Below, piece after piece: positions 37,744-51,937 of a stretch of 64,000 nt of DNA. Origin of the DNA: Mobula hypostoma (lineage: Eukaryota); assembly GCF_963921235.1 (NCBI RefSeq), contig NC_086120.1:9300001-9364000 (forward strand). The letters are read 5' to 3'. The first letter of the stretch is position 1. Each line of letters starts with the position of its first letter. The position numbers and the translations under genes were made by a program. The notes beneath the pieces were generated by a model. It was not told the origin of the DNA and did no database searches. It saw only the letters and a list, made by a program, of their open reading frames with translations.

Positions 37744-38007
37744 TGCCCCTCTGGACATACTTGGTCCACACCCATGCTGATTCTTTCTCTGCTGCCTCAG
37801 CTACAACCTTGCTGGTTAACTTGATCTCTCTACTAGTGAAGCCAAGGTCACGCAGCCACTTCTGGAGAGTGAACGCAATAAACCCACGGCAACCTACTTC
37901 CAATGGATAGCGTGAGACCTTCCACACTCTGTCTCTGCACTCTGATCTTAATTCTGCATACTTGGTTAACTTGCGTTCATGGGCTTCATCGATGTTGTCT
38001 TCCCAGG
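37744..38007 (-). mobile_element. Fragment of a restriction-like-endonuclease (HERO/NeSL-type) non-LTR element inside the Gypsy integrase
   Basis: Encodes PWEDNIDEAHERKLTKYAELRSECRDRVWKVSRYPLEVGCRGF..AEAAEKESAWVW. Flanked by duplicated GGAATC (37738-37743/38008-38013), and splits integrase LHDDS|GHxG. Confidence 0.7.
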
Positions 38008-40935
38008 GGAATCATCATGTAGTGCCTGAAGCACAGTCTTCCGATACTTCTCAGGCATGACCAGCTGCCAGCGCCGGGGGTGGTCCGGGGGCGACGTGAC
38101 CCGGTACGGGACGTGGTTCTTCAGCTTCAACCGAAGCCACTCCTTCAGTAGTAGGGGAACGGAGGCATGCTTCGCCTTCTCCACCTGCCCCATATCACCC
38201 TGTCTAACCGCGTACCAGATAGTGCCAATGCTCGGGTCATCACGCTGAGCCGCCCCCACTTCCTGGGGGCTCAACTCCGGCAGCTGCCTGTTCCTCAGAG
38301 CAGCCAAATTACAGTAAACAGTGGGTAGCGCGACATCGTCAACCCCCAATTGGTCTACTGCCCGTTCCGTTCCCATCGGGGCTCCTACTTCCCCGTCGCT
38401 CCCAACTTGACACATGGCCTTCACTCCCGGACAGGGACACTCTTCCACTCCTCAGCCGTGCCCGACTCGTCGTGCGCCCGACGAGATAAAGCATCTGCAT
38501 CGATGTTCCGACTCCCCGGGCGGTACTTCAGGCTGAACTCACAGGCAGACAAGGCCGCTAACCACCGGTGCCCAGAAGCGTCCAGCTTTGCCGACGTCAG
38601 GATATAAGCGAGGGGGTTGTTGTCAGTTCTCACCTCAAACTGGGCCCCGTATAGGTAGTCACTCAACTTGTCCACCACCGCCCATTTCAACGCCAAGAAC
38701 TCCAGCTTGTGAGTGGGATAGTTTCTCTCAGATGGCGACAAGCTCCGGCTGACAAATGCCACCGGCCTCAATCCGTTGCCCTGCTCCTGGTACAGGACAG
38801 CCCCCGGACCCTCATGACTGAGTGTAGAACAGACGGCTTCCGGGGATCAGCAAAAGCCAACACTGGGGCCTGTGTCAGCGTCCTTTTTAGAGATTGGAAC
38901 GCCTCCTCACATTGAGCATCCCACCTCGATCCAAAAGGCTCTCCCGGGTTCAAATATCCTCCTACCTCCGACCCTCGCTCTCCCTTCCTTTTCCTCCCCA
39001 CAGGTGGATAACCACACAGCAGCTGGTTCAATGGATGGCTCATTTTCGCATATCCTTTCACGAATCGACGGTAATATCCGCAAAACCCCAAAAACGAGCG
39101 TAAGGCGCTCACCTTCTGAGGTCTCGGCCAGGTGGTTACTGCGGCTATCTTACCCGGATCAGTGGCCACTCCATTTCGCGAGATTATGTGCCCGACATAA
39201 CTGACCGACGTCTTACAGAACTGACATTTATCCAGGGAAAGTTTTAACCCTTCCTCCTTCAGCCGACTCAGAAACTTCCGCAGCCGCTCCTCATGTTCCT
39301 CCAACGTAGATCCAAACACTATCAGGTCGTCCAGGTACACCAATACCTCCAGCAGGTTCATGTCCCCCACTGTCCGCTCCATGAGCCGCTGGAAGGTGGC
39401 TGGGGCATTCGTTCGAACTGGAAAAATCCCAGGGGGCAGATAAAGGCCGTCTTCTCTTTATCGGCTTCACTCATCGGAATCTGGTAATACCCACTCGGCA
39501 AATCCAATACATTAAACCACTGCACCCCACTTAAACAGGCCAATGCGTCTTCCACCCTGGGGACCGGATACTGGTCGGGAACCGTGCGCCGGTTCAGGGT
39601 CCTATAGTCCACGCACATGCGTACCTTCCCATTTTTCTTCCTTGCCACCACTATGGGGGACGCATAGGGGCTTCGGGACTCCGCGATAATCCCTGCATCC
39701 TTCAACTGACGCAAGTGCTGCCGCACATCCTCCACATCTGCTGGGGCCAACCGCCGCGACCTTTCTCTAAACGGGGTGTCATTTGTCACCCGGATAGTGT
39801 GCCGAGTGCTCTTGGAACATCCCACATCAAACTCGCCCTGAGAAAAGACATCCCTTAACTCCAGCATCTTCTCCACCAGCCTGCTCTTATACGCCGGCGG
39901 TACAGAGGAGTCTTCAAAATTAAAGGCCTCCTCGGTCAGCAGCCCCACACCCCCCCACCACCGTTCTCCAATAGTTTTCCTCCAGTGGGCCTCACGGGGG
40001 TGCTAGACCATCACCGTCACCGGGAACAAGTGCGCAAGGGGCAACCCGCGCTTACAGGTGATCTCCCGCTCCGTTATGTTCCTCACCATCACCCCCATCC
40101 GCCGTGCCTATACAGCTGAGGGCCTCTGCAATTCAGGTCTCACCAGCGCCCCAGCCAGGAACCGAGACTCCCCGTCCAGGTCGTCTGGGGCGTCTACTAG
40201 CACGGCCTCGCCCGCCGGTACTCCGGGGAATCTGGGGGGTCCCCATCACTAATGCCGCCTCCCCTGGCCGTATCACCTTAGGCCTCACCTGAGTGCACCA
40301 CACCGTACCTCGTTTGCACTCAGGATCCAGCTCCTGGGGGTCACCCACTCCTTCGTACACCGCTCGAAACACTGGGTGTACCGAGAGGGTCTCCAGAAAG
40401 TTCTCCCCCGCCTTCTTCTTACAGGCCCCCAAGAGCCGTCGCACCACAGGGGAGTTAGTCCCCACTAGCAGGGCAGCACCACCGGTTTCCACCCGGTCCG
40501 GACAGACCAACACCAACGTCTCAAGGGCTTCCGACACTCCCACATCGCCCTCCGAGAATTCCAATCTCACTGACAGGTACCCATCGTACGGGTAATCACC
40601 GTCGCTTATGCCCCAAATCTCCAGTGCATTAAACGGGGTTACTGGCAAATGCTTCAGAAATTTGTTGTAGAACGACCGGTACAGTAAGGTAACCTGCGAT
40701 CCGGTGTCAAGGATGGCTTTTGCAAAGATTCCCTCTATCCGTAGGGACACGCTGGAACGGGGTCCCACCAGTCCATCCGGAATTTGGGCTTGTACGTTCT
40801 GGGGTTCCATGGCTGCTTTCTGGGAACGTGTTCCTCCCGAGACTCCAGTCCGTTCCCTCACTGAGACTCTCCTAAATTTCCCGACACCTCTCCCTTCTTA
40901 GTGGCCCAGGGGCCCTCCTCCCTCGGAGCATCTCA

Positions 40936-41211
<276 letters not shown>

Positions 41212-42743
41212 CTAATCGGCTGCCCGAATGACGCGGGGGAGGGGGGGCTCCTCTTATAGGGCTGCCGGATACTCCAAGCCACCCTGTCATCCTCCTGGGA
41301 ACCTCAACATATCTGACTCATCCTCAACTTCGCCACTTCGTCCGCCCTCACTACTCCTCGGCGCCGCAGCCCCGTAAGCTTCCCATCCAGCCGGAAAATG
41401 CATTCTGAGAGCTTTTCCCCTCTCCTCTGCCCCATCTCTTGAAACTCCGCTAAATGTTGCCAGGGATCTCCTGACAGTCCAAACACTTCCTCCAAAGCGT
41501 CCAAACACTCCGACAGGGAAGCCGAAGGGCGTTCCGCTCTCAACTCGCGGACTGCACTGGCCGCCCCGCCCCTTAAGCTTTCCACCAATCGCCGCCTCTT
41601 TTCTACATCCGAAACTGACCACGCCTTTAACAACTGGGTCGTATCTCAATCCATGCCGCATAGTCAACCTCCCCTTCCGGGGTGGGCCTGGCTCCTAAGA
41701 AAATTCTCAGCTTTGGGCGGGGCCCCTCAACCCTTCTCACCAGGGAGGTAATGGCAGCCGCTAACTCGGAGTTCTCATCCCTAACTGGGGGACGGGGCCT
41801 GGCCAAGCCTTCGCACTGTAACCCTCCACCTCTGGCTACTGGCACCTCCCCTGGGGCCTCATCTAGCTCCTCCTCCGGCACCTCCTCACTTTCATCCTCC
41901 GGGAGGGTGTGGAGACCCCACGGCCCCGCCTCCCCCTGGACGTGGACTGTCGCTGGTAGTTCCAACGTCATGACGTCGGCACTCATCCAAACCAACATCC
42001 AGCTGGACTCCAGTTCTTTCCCACACCTTCCAGCTATAAGTTTTACCTGTCCGATACCTTTAATCAAACTCAACCCTCGCACTAGTACATCTGCCGAAAT
42101 GCGGAAATCGACCCCATTTAGCACGCATGCATGATTCGCCGGTACATGCCGTAATTCACCCCAGTTTACAATCTTATCTCGATCCATCTTCGCACTACTT
42201 AACGCGACGACTATTACAGCTTTACCGAAAATCCAAATCCCGGACGGTGCCCCCACTTGTAACGCTCAGTTATAATGGCTCGTATATGTCTAGGGGAAAT
42301 CCCACCCAGCACCTGCCTCAACACTTCCCACGCAGTCGGTTGCCGCCCGAATCAATCCCAAACATCAATCATCAGCCAGCACACCCAGTACGTTTTACCA
42401 AGTACACGTTATAGATATTACTAAGTCTGCGAAATTAATATAAATTTGATACAGAAAAGGAAGTAGTGGAAAAAAAGAGGCGTCAGGCTTATCAAAGTCC
42501 AAGTTCTTCGTGCACAACCATTGGAGCTCAATCAATTCCTGACGACCTCCCGAATCCTGTCGACTCACGGCTCGGGACCACTCGAAGTGATCGACCAGAG
42601 CCCTTCCGAACGTCCGCCGTCCTCCCCGTCTCTCCTCCGACTCCCCGCCAAAAACCCCGTTCACAGTCATATGAGACAGCATTATCATCCGAAAACAAAA
42701 CGATACATGAACACCCATTGACTAATAGCACCCTGCTATCTGT

Positions 42744-43607
42744 TGTGACGAGAATACACATAAAATTAAGATGTTTGCTGGCCTAGGTTAGCATCAGTGA
42801 CATCAGCAAGTGGTCTGCCACCTGCCCTCAGGGGAAGGAGAGATAAGGAACAATGGAGCAGCGTCTGGAGATGTGTAATGAAGGAACGGGGGAGAGAGAG
42901 CTGTCTGGAGCGGCTCCCCTCTTTGAACCTTGAACTGTTTGAAGTGATGGACAGGCGCTACCCCAGCAGGGGGATAAAAAGGAACCGGTTCGCTAAGGCA
43001 GGACACACACACGCCACCCGAGGTAACGAGACCCTGGAAGCGGTGCGCCTCTCACGAGTGGGTGAGAAGTACCAGACAACGGCCAGGGTGGAAAGGTACG
43101 ATCAACGGGAACCCGGTGTGTGTCCGCCCTTGCCTGGGTGCTGGGTTCACTGCAGAGGATCGACCGCATCTGGAGGAGGGGTCACAGTCGGTGATCTCAG
43201 GTGACATCACCAAGGACCCGCCCAAAAGCTGCTTGTGAGCCATATCGCCGGTCTGTGAGTGAAGCAGTGTCTGAATGATCAGTTGTTCCTGTTCTATCTC
43301 TCTCTTCCCCCACCTTGTCCATCGCCATGGCAACGATTACTGCGAACTGAACTACTAACTGGACTGAACTTGGAGTCACTTTGAAATTTGGTCATTTACC
43401 CCTAGACAACGATAGAGCTTGATTGATGCAGTTATCTTAATTCTGTGCACATGTGTGTTTATCATCGCTGAACTGTTGCATTTATTATCCTTTCGATTAC
43501 TGTGTTGCTTATTTCTTTAATAAAACTTTCTTAGTTCTAGTAATCCAGACTCCAACTGAGTGATCCATTTCTGCTGGTTTGGCAACCCAGTTACGGGGTA
43601 CATAACA
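42744..43607 (+). mobile_element. Unrelated solo LTR nested in the Gypsy 5' LTR
   Basis: TGTGACG...TAACA with 4-bp TSD CTGT (42740-42743/43608-43611); absent from the other LTR; AATAAA near 43519. Confidence 0.85.
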
Positions 43608-43903
43608 CTGTACTAACCCAAGCAAGTGTCTAGCTAGAGACTTTCTCAGCATTTAACATAACAAAGAAGCATTCCCAAGTATAACATAACAAAGAAACCA
43701 TTTTAAATTTAACATACAAAAAGGAAAGACCCTGTACAGATATATGGAGGGACCTTTTCCCCGACAGAAGGGATTACACTCATTATTCGGCCCCCCATTC
43801 TGTATATACAAGAATAGACTATTTCATAACATTTGGGAAAGACAAAGACAAAATAATCACCTGTGGAATTGGGACAATAGATGTAAGTGACCATGCACCT
43901 ATA

Positions 43904-45204
43904 CTCTCACAGCTATCTGGACTATTCCTCTTCTCACCCTGTCTCTTGCAAAAACGCCATCCCCTTCTCGCAATTCCTCCGTCTCCGCCGCTTCTGCTCT
44001 CAGGATGAGGCTTTTCATTCTAGGACGAGGGAGATGTCTTCCTTTTTTAAAGAAAGGGGCTTCCCTTCCTCCACTATCAACTCTGCTCTTAAACGCATCT
44101 CCCCCATTTCACGTACATCTGCTCTCACTCCATCCTCCTGCCACCCCACTAGGAATAGGGTTCCCCGGGTCCTCACCTACCACCCCACCAGCCTCGGGGT
44201 CCAACATATTATTCTCCGTAACTTCCGCCACCTCCAACGGGATCCCACCACTAAGCACATCTTTCCCTCCCCCCCCCCGTCTGCATTCCGCAGGGATCGC
44301 TCCCTACACAACTCCCTTGTCCATTCGTCCCCCCCATCCCTCCCCACTGATCTCCCTCCTGGCACTTATCCGTGTAAGCGGAACAAGTGCTACACACGCC
44401 CTTACACTTCCTCCCTTACCACCATTCAGGGCCCCAAACAGTCCTTCCAGGTGAGGCATCACTTCACCTGTGAGTTGACTGGGGTGATATACTGCGTCCG
44501 GTGCTCCCGATGTGGCCTTTTATATATTGGCGAGACCCGACGCAGACTGGGAGACCGCTTTGCTGAACATCTACACTCTGTCCGCCAGAGAAAGCAGGAT
44601 CTCCCAGTGGCCACACATTTTAATTCCACATCCCATTCCCATTCTGACATGTCTATCCACGGCCTCCTCTACTGTAAAGATGAAGCCACACTCAGGTTGG
44701 AGGAACAACACCTTTTTTTCCGTCTGGGTAGCCTCCAACCTGATGGCATGAACATCGACTTCTCTAACTTCCGCTAAGGCCCCACCTCCCCCTCGTACCC
44801 CATCTGTTACTCATTTTTATGCACACATTCTTTCTCTCACTCTCCTTTTTCTCCCTCTGTCCCTCTGAATATACCTCTTGCCCATCCTCTGGGTCACCCC
44901 CCCTCTTGTCTTTCTTCCTGGACCTCCTGTCCCATGATCCTCTTGTATCCCCTTTTGCCTATCACCTGTCCAGCTATCAGCTCTATCCCTCCCCCTCCTG
45001 TCTTCTCCTATCATTTTGGATCTCCCCCTCCCCCTCCAACTTTCAAATCCCTTACTCACTCTTCCTTCAGTTAGTCCTGACGAAGGGTCTCGGCCTGAAA
45101 CGTCGACTGCACCTCTTCCTACAGATGCTGCTTGGCCTGCTGCGTTCACCAGCAACTTTGATGTATGTTGCTTGAATTTCCAGCATCTGCAGAATTCCTG
45201 TTGT
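43904..45204 (+). mobile_element. 5'-truncated Penelope with uninterrupted GIY-YIG ORF
   Basis: 11-bp TSD ATGCACCTATA (43893-43903/45205-45215); the ORF runs to 44777 with YCVRCSRCGLLYIGET. Confidence 0.92.
45073..45108 (+). ncRNA. Minimal type-I hammerhead ribozyme motif, intact
   Basis: AGTC-CTGACGA-AGGGTCTCGGCCT-GAAAC-GTC-GACT, identical to 22444-22479. Confidence 0.8.
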
Positions 45205-48200
45205 ATGCACCTATATATTTATCTGTTGGTTTTGACCTACAACCAAAGAATACTATTTGGAAACTAAATTCAAGTCTACTCAATGATCCCTATTTTAAGA
45301 AACAAATTAAAAAAGAAATTGGTCTTTGCTTAGAGTTCAATGATAATGGAGCGGTTTCACTTCCCATTCTATGGGATACTCTGAAGGCTGTCTTAAGAGG
45401 GAAAATTATAGCGATTTCTTCATATAAGAAAAAAATAAGGAATAGAACAATAGAGGAATTACAAAATAAGCTGAAGGAACTAGAAAAAAAAACACGTTGA
45501 GTTTGGCACAATATACACTAGAGGAAATTTTAAAAATTAGGAATGAAATTAATAATTTGGCTACACAAGAAATTAGAAATAAAAATTAATGTTTCTGAAA
45601 CAGAAACACTACGAAAGTGGATCTAAATCTATGAAAATGCTGGCGTGGAAATAGGAAAAAAAAAGATAGCAGAAAATACAATTCTTAGAATTAGGGATCC
45701 AAGAACAAAAGTGATAAAAAAAATATGCTAAGTGAAATTCATGAAGCTTTTGAAATGTTTACAAAACTCTATATTCCAAAGTTCTAGGGGAAAGCTTAAC
45801 CCAAATGGACACCTTCCTGAATTTTTTAGAGTTACCCATTTTAAGCAAAGAACAAAATAGAAAGATGACTGCTGACATAACTCAAGCTGAACTAAAAACT
45901 GCAATTAGTAGATTTAAATTATGCAAGTCACCAGGATCAGATGGATATACGATAGAGTGGTATGAAGAGTTTAGAAGTGAGTTGATTCCTATTTCACTCC
46001 CCACACTGAACTGAGCCCTGAGAAAGGCACAAATGCCACCCAGCTGGAAGGAGGTGATAATCTCAGCTCTACCGAAAGAAGGCAAGGATAAAACAGAATG
46101 TGGGTCATTTCGACCAATATCTGTTCTTAATGTGGATTATAGAATATTTACCTCCATCATGGCCAAACGATTAGAAGAGTTTTTATCTACAATGATACAT
46201 AATGATCAGACAGGTTTCATACAACAATGCCAAACACTGGACAATATATGAAGGACACCTCACATTATGGATCATATTAAAAAAATGAAATTGAAGCAAT
46301 AGTGATAGGCGTGGATGCTGAAAAGGCATTTGATTCGGTTAATTGGAATTTTCTCTATGGAGGTTTACATAGATTTGGTCTACATGACACAATTATTAAA
46401 ACTATACAGGCACTATACGACAATCCTACTGCCAGGGTGAAAATTAATGGATATTTATTTAATAGTTTTACCCTAGAAAGGGGCACGAGACAGGGTTGTG
46501 CATAGTGACTGCTACTCTTCGCATTATATCTGGAACCATTAGCTCAATACATCAGACAAAATGAAGATATCAGGGGAATTACTATTAAAAGGACAGAGCA
46601 TAAATTGGCCTGTTTATGCGGATTACATTTTGATCTATCTAGAGCAACCCTCTTTACCTAAATTGATGCAATCCTTTGAACAATATGGCCAATTATCAGG
46701 ATACAAGATCAACATAGATAAAACCCAACTACTTTCATATAACTATAGCCCACCAAGAGAAATTGAAAGTAGATATTCTTGGACATGGCAAACAGAGTCT
46801 GTCAAATATTTGGGCATCATTATGCCAAAAGATTCGGCAAAATTATCAGAATGCAATTATCAGCCAATATATAAAAAAATTAAGGAAGATATAGCAAGGT
46901 GAAACCTAATTCCTTTTCTTGGTCTCAGTTCAAGGATTGAATCTATTAAAATGAATATACTGCCCAGACTACTATATCTCTTTCAGACCCTACCAATAGA
47001 GATTAACGAAAATTAATTTAATGAGGAACAAGATGCTATCAAAATATGTATTGCAAGGTAAAAGGCCTGGGATTTGTCTCAAAACTTTGCAAATAGCCAA
47101 GGAAAAGGGGGGATGGGGCCTACCTTCTCTTACAGATTATTATTGTGCAGGTCAGTTGAGAGCTGTGATATGCTGGTGCAACCGATCATATGACGCTCAG
47201 TGGAAAAACATTGAGGAGAGGATATTTTCCATCCCCATATAGGCAATTTTGGCTGATAACAGCCTACAAAGTTACATAAATAATATTGACAACCCGTGGG
47301 TGAAATGGACTCTTAAAATATGGAAAACTATTATAAAACAATATAAACTAGAGAAAGACATTGCAATTCTTAAATGGTGTGCATATGACTCGGATTTTAC
47401 ACCGAATAAACTGGATGCTAGATTTAAGGACTGGACAGCTAAAGGAATAACAGCTATTTGCAATATAATGAAAGAAGGAACACTGTTCAGTTTTGAAATG
47501 CTCAAAGAGAAACACTTATTAGAAAAACAAGACTTTTTCCGGTATTTACAGATGAGACAGTATGTTAACAGGCCAGTTAAAAATGTAACCAAGGCAAGTA
47601 CATGTCTAATAGAGCTGTTTAGAAAAGCATATAATTCAGACAACAGTAGTAAAATCATTTCAAGCGCGTTTTTCAAATCTTAAAACACATTCAACTTTAT
47701 TCATTAAAACAAAATGGGAGAAGGAAGGAGGGATAATAATATCTGAGGAAAAATGGACAATAATATGGAGGTATCAATGGAAGTGTACCAGTTCACAGAA
47801 ATGAAGGGAGTTCGGGTGGAAAAACTTGATAAGATATTTTATTACACCCTCTCAGAAATCCCATTATGATAATAACCCCCCTGTTTGCTGGAGAAATTGT
47901 GGAAATCAAAATGCAAACCATTATCATATTTTCTGGGAATGCTCTATTATCAAAGACTATTGGAGTGAGATACATAATGCCCTACAAGACATCTTTAAAT
48001 GTGGAATACCCTTAGAGAGTAAGACCATATATTTTGGGTATATACATCAAGAATGGTTGAAAAGAGATAAATATTTAATGAATGTACTGCTGGAGGCTGA
48101 TAAAAAGACCCTTGCCAGGAAATGGTTATCACAGGAGAGCCAACTTTAGACGTATGGATGGAAATTACAATGGACATTTACAAAGTGGAGAAGATAACAG

Positions 48201-49299
48201 CATCTGTTAATCATAAGTTGGAACAATTTTATTCATACTGGAAAAAATGGCTTAACTACATAACACCTCATAGGCCTGATTTTATTCTTACAAGTCAATG
48301 AATATGTTGTAAAAAAAAGATCACTCTCTACTATGTACATAGTTTTCTTCTTTCGATTGTTCTTTCTTTCTTCTCCTTTCTGTAAGTGTATACCTCTGAT
48401 AAATATTATGTGGAGATTTGTGACATATGATATATATATACAGTATCTGAAATACATCTTATGGAAATGTTTGATGAAGAAATTCAATAAAAAATAAATT
48501 ACAAAAAAAAGAATAGCGAAGTTGCACGCTATGTCCTTGAGAAGTTATACATTTTCTTAAGTGTTAGTTCTCAGGACAGTATATCAGGCTTTCCCAAGCA
48601 CAGACATGTGATGATTCTTAGAACAAGGTAGCACAGACATAGTTATTTTCCCATCCCATCTACAAAGCACATTTCAGTCACACAGTGTACATTAGTCGCA
48701 GATAAGTGATTACAGACTTTGAATTCACATACTAGAAGAAGGTCATTAACCCCTTAACGTTCATCGCAATGTCTTTCTATTTGTCTTCCACAGTTCCCTC
48801 CTTAGTCATAACCATACCAAGATATTTAAGACCTTCCTTCAATAAATATGCTCACAATTCATAACTTTGTCAATTTCAAAATCAAGCATATCCTTCCCTT
48901 GTGTAAAGTAAACTTTTCTGGTCCTGGCTTGCTAGACTCTAAAGCAAGATGTAATTGGCAGGTTTTCTGTCCAAGGTGCAATTTATTAACGTTACTGAAC
49001 CCGTATTTCCACAGAGACATGTGAATTGTAATGTGGTCAGTACAGATGTGGTAGAGCGGGAGCACTAAGAGTTTGATAGAAGGATGATGATAATCAAATG
49101 TGAATTCCCCACTGGAATGGCCAGTACTGACCTCACCTCCCTCGTTTCTAAAAGTAAAGAAACCTGGTTGTGTGTGTTTGTTTCCTGGAGCTCTGTCTCC
49201 TGAGAAATGCACTGCCACCTTTGTGATACAGAGGTGGACCAACAGCACTTTACCCATAACCTGTCTATCAATCTATTTATTTATGTGTTTATATATTTA

Positions 49300-50165
49300 T
49301 GCACTAGTATTACAGTGGAGTGAAGGGAATTACAGAGGCATGAGAGAGGAGCTGGCCAAAATGGGCAGGAGAAGAACACTGGCAGAGATGACGGCAGAGC
49401 AGCAATGGTTGGACTTTCTGGAGCAATTCGGAAGTTGCAGGATAAATACATCCCAAAGAGGAAGAAGCATTCTAAAGACAGCATGACACAACAGTGGCTG
49501 ACAAGAGAAGTCAAAGCCAACATAAAAGCCAAGAGCATATTGCAGAGCAAAGGTTAGTGGGAAGTTAGAGGATTGGGAAGCTTTTTAAAACCAACAGAAA
49601 GCAACTAAAAAGGTCATAAAATTAAAAAAATGGAATACAAAGTAATCCAAACCAATCTTCTGATAAATAAAGTTCAAGAGAGAGACAAGAGAAGATATTG
49701 AACCGCTGGAAAACGATGCTGGTGAGGTCGTAATGGGGGACAAGGAAATGGCAGATGAATTGAATAAGTATTTTGCATCAGCCTTCACTGTGGAAGACAC
49801 TAGCAGTGTGCAAGAACTTCATGTGAGTCATGCAGTAGAAGTGTGTGAATTTGCCATTACTAGGGAGAAGATTCTTGGGAAACTGAAAGGTCTGAAGGCA
49901 GATAAGTCACCTGGACCAGATGGTATAAACCCCAGGTTCTGAAAGAGGTAGCTGAAGAGATTGTTGAGGAATTCGTAGTGACCTTTCAAGAATCAATTGA
50001 TTCTGGAATGGTACCAGAGGAATGGAAAATTGTGAATGTCATTCCACTCTTCAAGAAGAGAGGAAGGCAGAAGAAAGGAAATTATAGGCCAGTTATTCTG
50101 ACAGTGATTGGGAAGATATTGGAGTCGACTATTATGGACGAGGGCTCAGGGTACTTGGAGGCAGA
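49300..50165 (+). mobile_element. CR1 LINE ORF2 fragment
   Basis: MADELNKYFASAFTVED..KSPGPDGI.PR..VPEEWKIVNVIPLFKK..GNYRPV. Confidence 0.8.
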
Positions 50166-50329
50166 ATCACATCTGAAAATTCAGAGGTGGAAAAATCTTA
50201 CGGTATCTACATTACAGACTAATCAAAAACTACTTCTTAAAAGCATTTATAGTACTGCATCATAAATAAGGGCAACAGGAAAAAATATAATTACAATAAG
50301 TATTCAAATAAATTCCACAATGTCCAATA

Positions 50330-50590
50330 ATAGTACTTGTATTTGAAGTCCTCCCACAGTTCTTGTCTTAATCTGGAGTCGCTTGCACTGGCTGGCGTGT
50401 ATCCACTTGATTTTACCTTCTACCTTAACTGCTGAATTGGTAATTACTAGTACTTGGTAAGGAACTTCCCACCAAGCTCCCAGGAGTTCCTTATGTGGTT
50501 TCTTGACCAGGACCCACTTGCCAGGGATCAAGGAGTGTCCTCCTTTCGATGGACCACTCCAAGCTGCAGAAACCTGTTGAGAAAAGGGAC
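50330..50590 (-). mobile_element. ERV pol C-terminal (integrase end) fragment
   Basis: PGKWVLVKK..WEVPYQVLVITNSAVKVEGKIKWIHASQCK resembles the gamma/epsilon-type GPYQVLLTTPTAVKV..WIHASHCK. Confidence 0.7.
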
Positions 50591-50679
50591 TAAACAACTT
50601 CAGAATCAGATTTAATATCACCAGCATATGTTGCAAAATTTGTAAACTTTGCAGCAACAGTATATTGCAGTACATAATA

Positions 50680-51856
50680 CAGGTTTCCCCTGCCATCCGA
50701 AGATAGAGCGTTCCTATGAAACGCTTCGTAAGCCGAAATGTCGTAAAGCGAAGAAGTAATTACCATTTATTTATATGGGAAAATTTTGCGAGCGTTCGCA
50801 GACCCAAAAATAACCTACCAAATCATGCCAAATAACACATAAAACCTAAAATAACAGTAACATATAGTAAAAGCAGGAATGATATGATAAATACTCAGCC
50901 TATATAAAATAGAAATACTTCTCTACAACAATTGCCTGCACAGATCTCCATAGCAAAAATCTCACGCAAGCGCTCTCAGCAGAAAATCTCACGCAAGCGC
51001 TGTTGGCAAAAACGCGCACGCCAGTGACCTTTAAGCTATGAATCTGCCAAATCTACCAAATAACACGTAAAAATACACAGCCTATATAAAGTAGAAATAA
51101 TGTATGTGCAGTGTAGTATCATTTACTGGAATTGGGAAAACAGCGCCGAGCACACTGATGATGGTGTGTTAGACTGAGTCATCGCAGGCTGGGGTGGTGC
51201 AGTGGCCCCCACCCTCCAGGCCACCGACCAATACATTGCTGCGAAGGATGCAGTGGAAGGCTTGCTTGACTGCTGAGCCTAGCGCATTTTTCTATCATAC
51301 AGTTCTTTGTAAGCACTCAAACCATCCTGCAAATATCCCCTAAACCTATGTACCCTTTCAAAATTAAAGTTCTACTTTATTATTGCAGCGAAAGTCTCAC
51401 GTAGTTGCTTTGCTTTCGCTACTGCATTCGGTTTCGATTGTTATCATTTCCTCTTCCAATTGCATCAGCTCTTCATCTATCAGTTCTTGGTCATGGGATG
51501 CCAAAACTTCTTCAACATCATCTTCCTCAACGTTGTTCTTACTTTGTTCACCACGATCAAAACGCTTAATTATGTCTAGTTTTACACTAAGTGTAACACC
51601 CTTACGAGCTCTTTCAGGCTTTTCCGACACCTTAGAACTCATCTTGCAAACAGCTGCTCAATGCAACGTGTTTAAGCAATGCCATTCCGAATCCGGGGGA
51701 GAGCAGCTGCTCGGGGCGTGTGCTGCCTTTTATCGCGCGCTGCCTTTCTTTGTAACAGTGAAAACACCTTCTGAAAGCGAGAACGGGGTACTAATGTAAG
51801 TCTTTCGTAACAATGAAGTTTCATAAAGCGAACGTTCGAAAAGCGGGGGATACCTG
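50680..51856 (-). mobile_element. Tigger/pogo DNA transposon, internally deleted
   Basis: TIRs CAGGTTTCCCC / GGGGATACCTG with TA TSD. The CENP-B-like start (RKGVTLSVKLDIIKRFDRGE) is fused directly to the acidic C-terminal part (DVEEVLASHDQELIDEELMQLEEE). Confidence 0.85.
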
Positions 51857-51937
51857 TAATAGAGAATAGAAAACTGTGAATTACAGCAAGTAAGTATATT
51901 TATATATAATAGTTAATTAAATAAGTAGTGAGGTAGT

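Noticed and set aside
41304-42256. PNMA-family host gene
   Set aside because: It lies between LTRs with a PBS and downstream pol, and is frameshifted.
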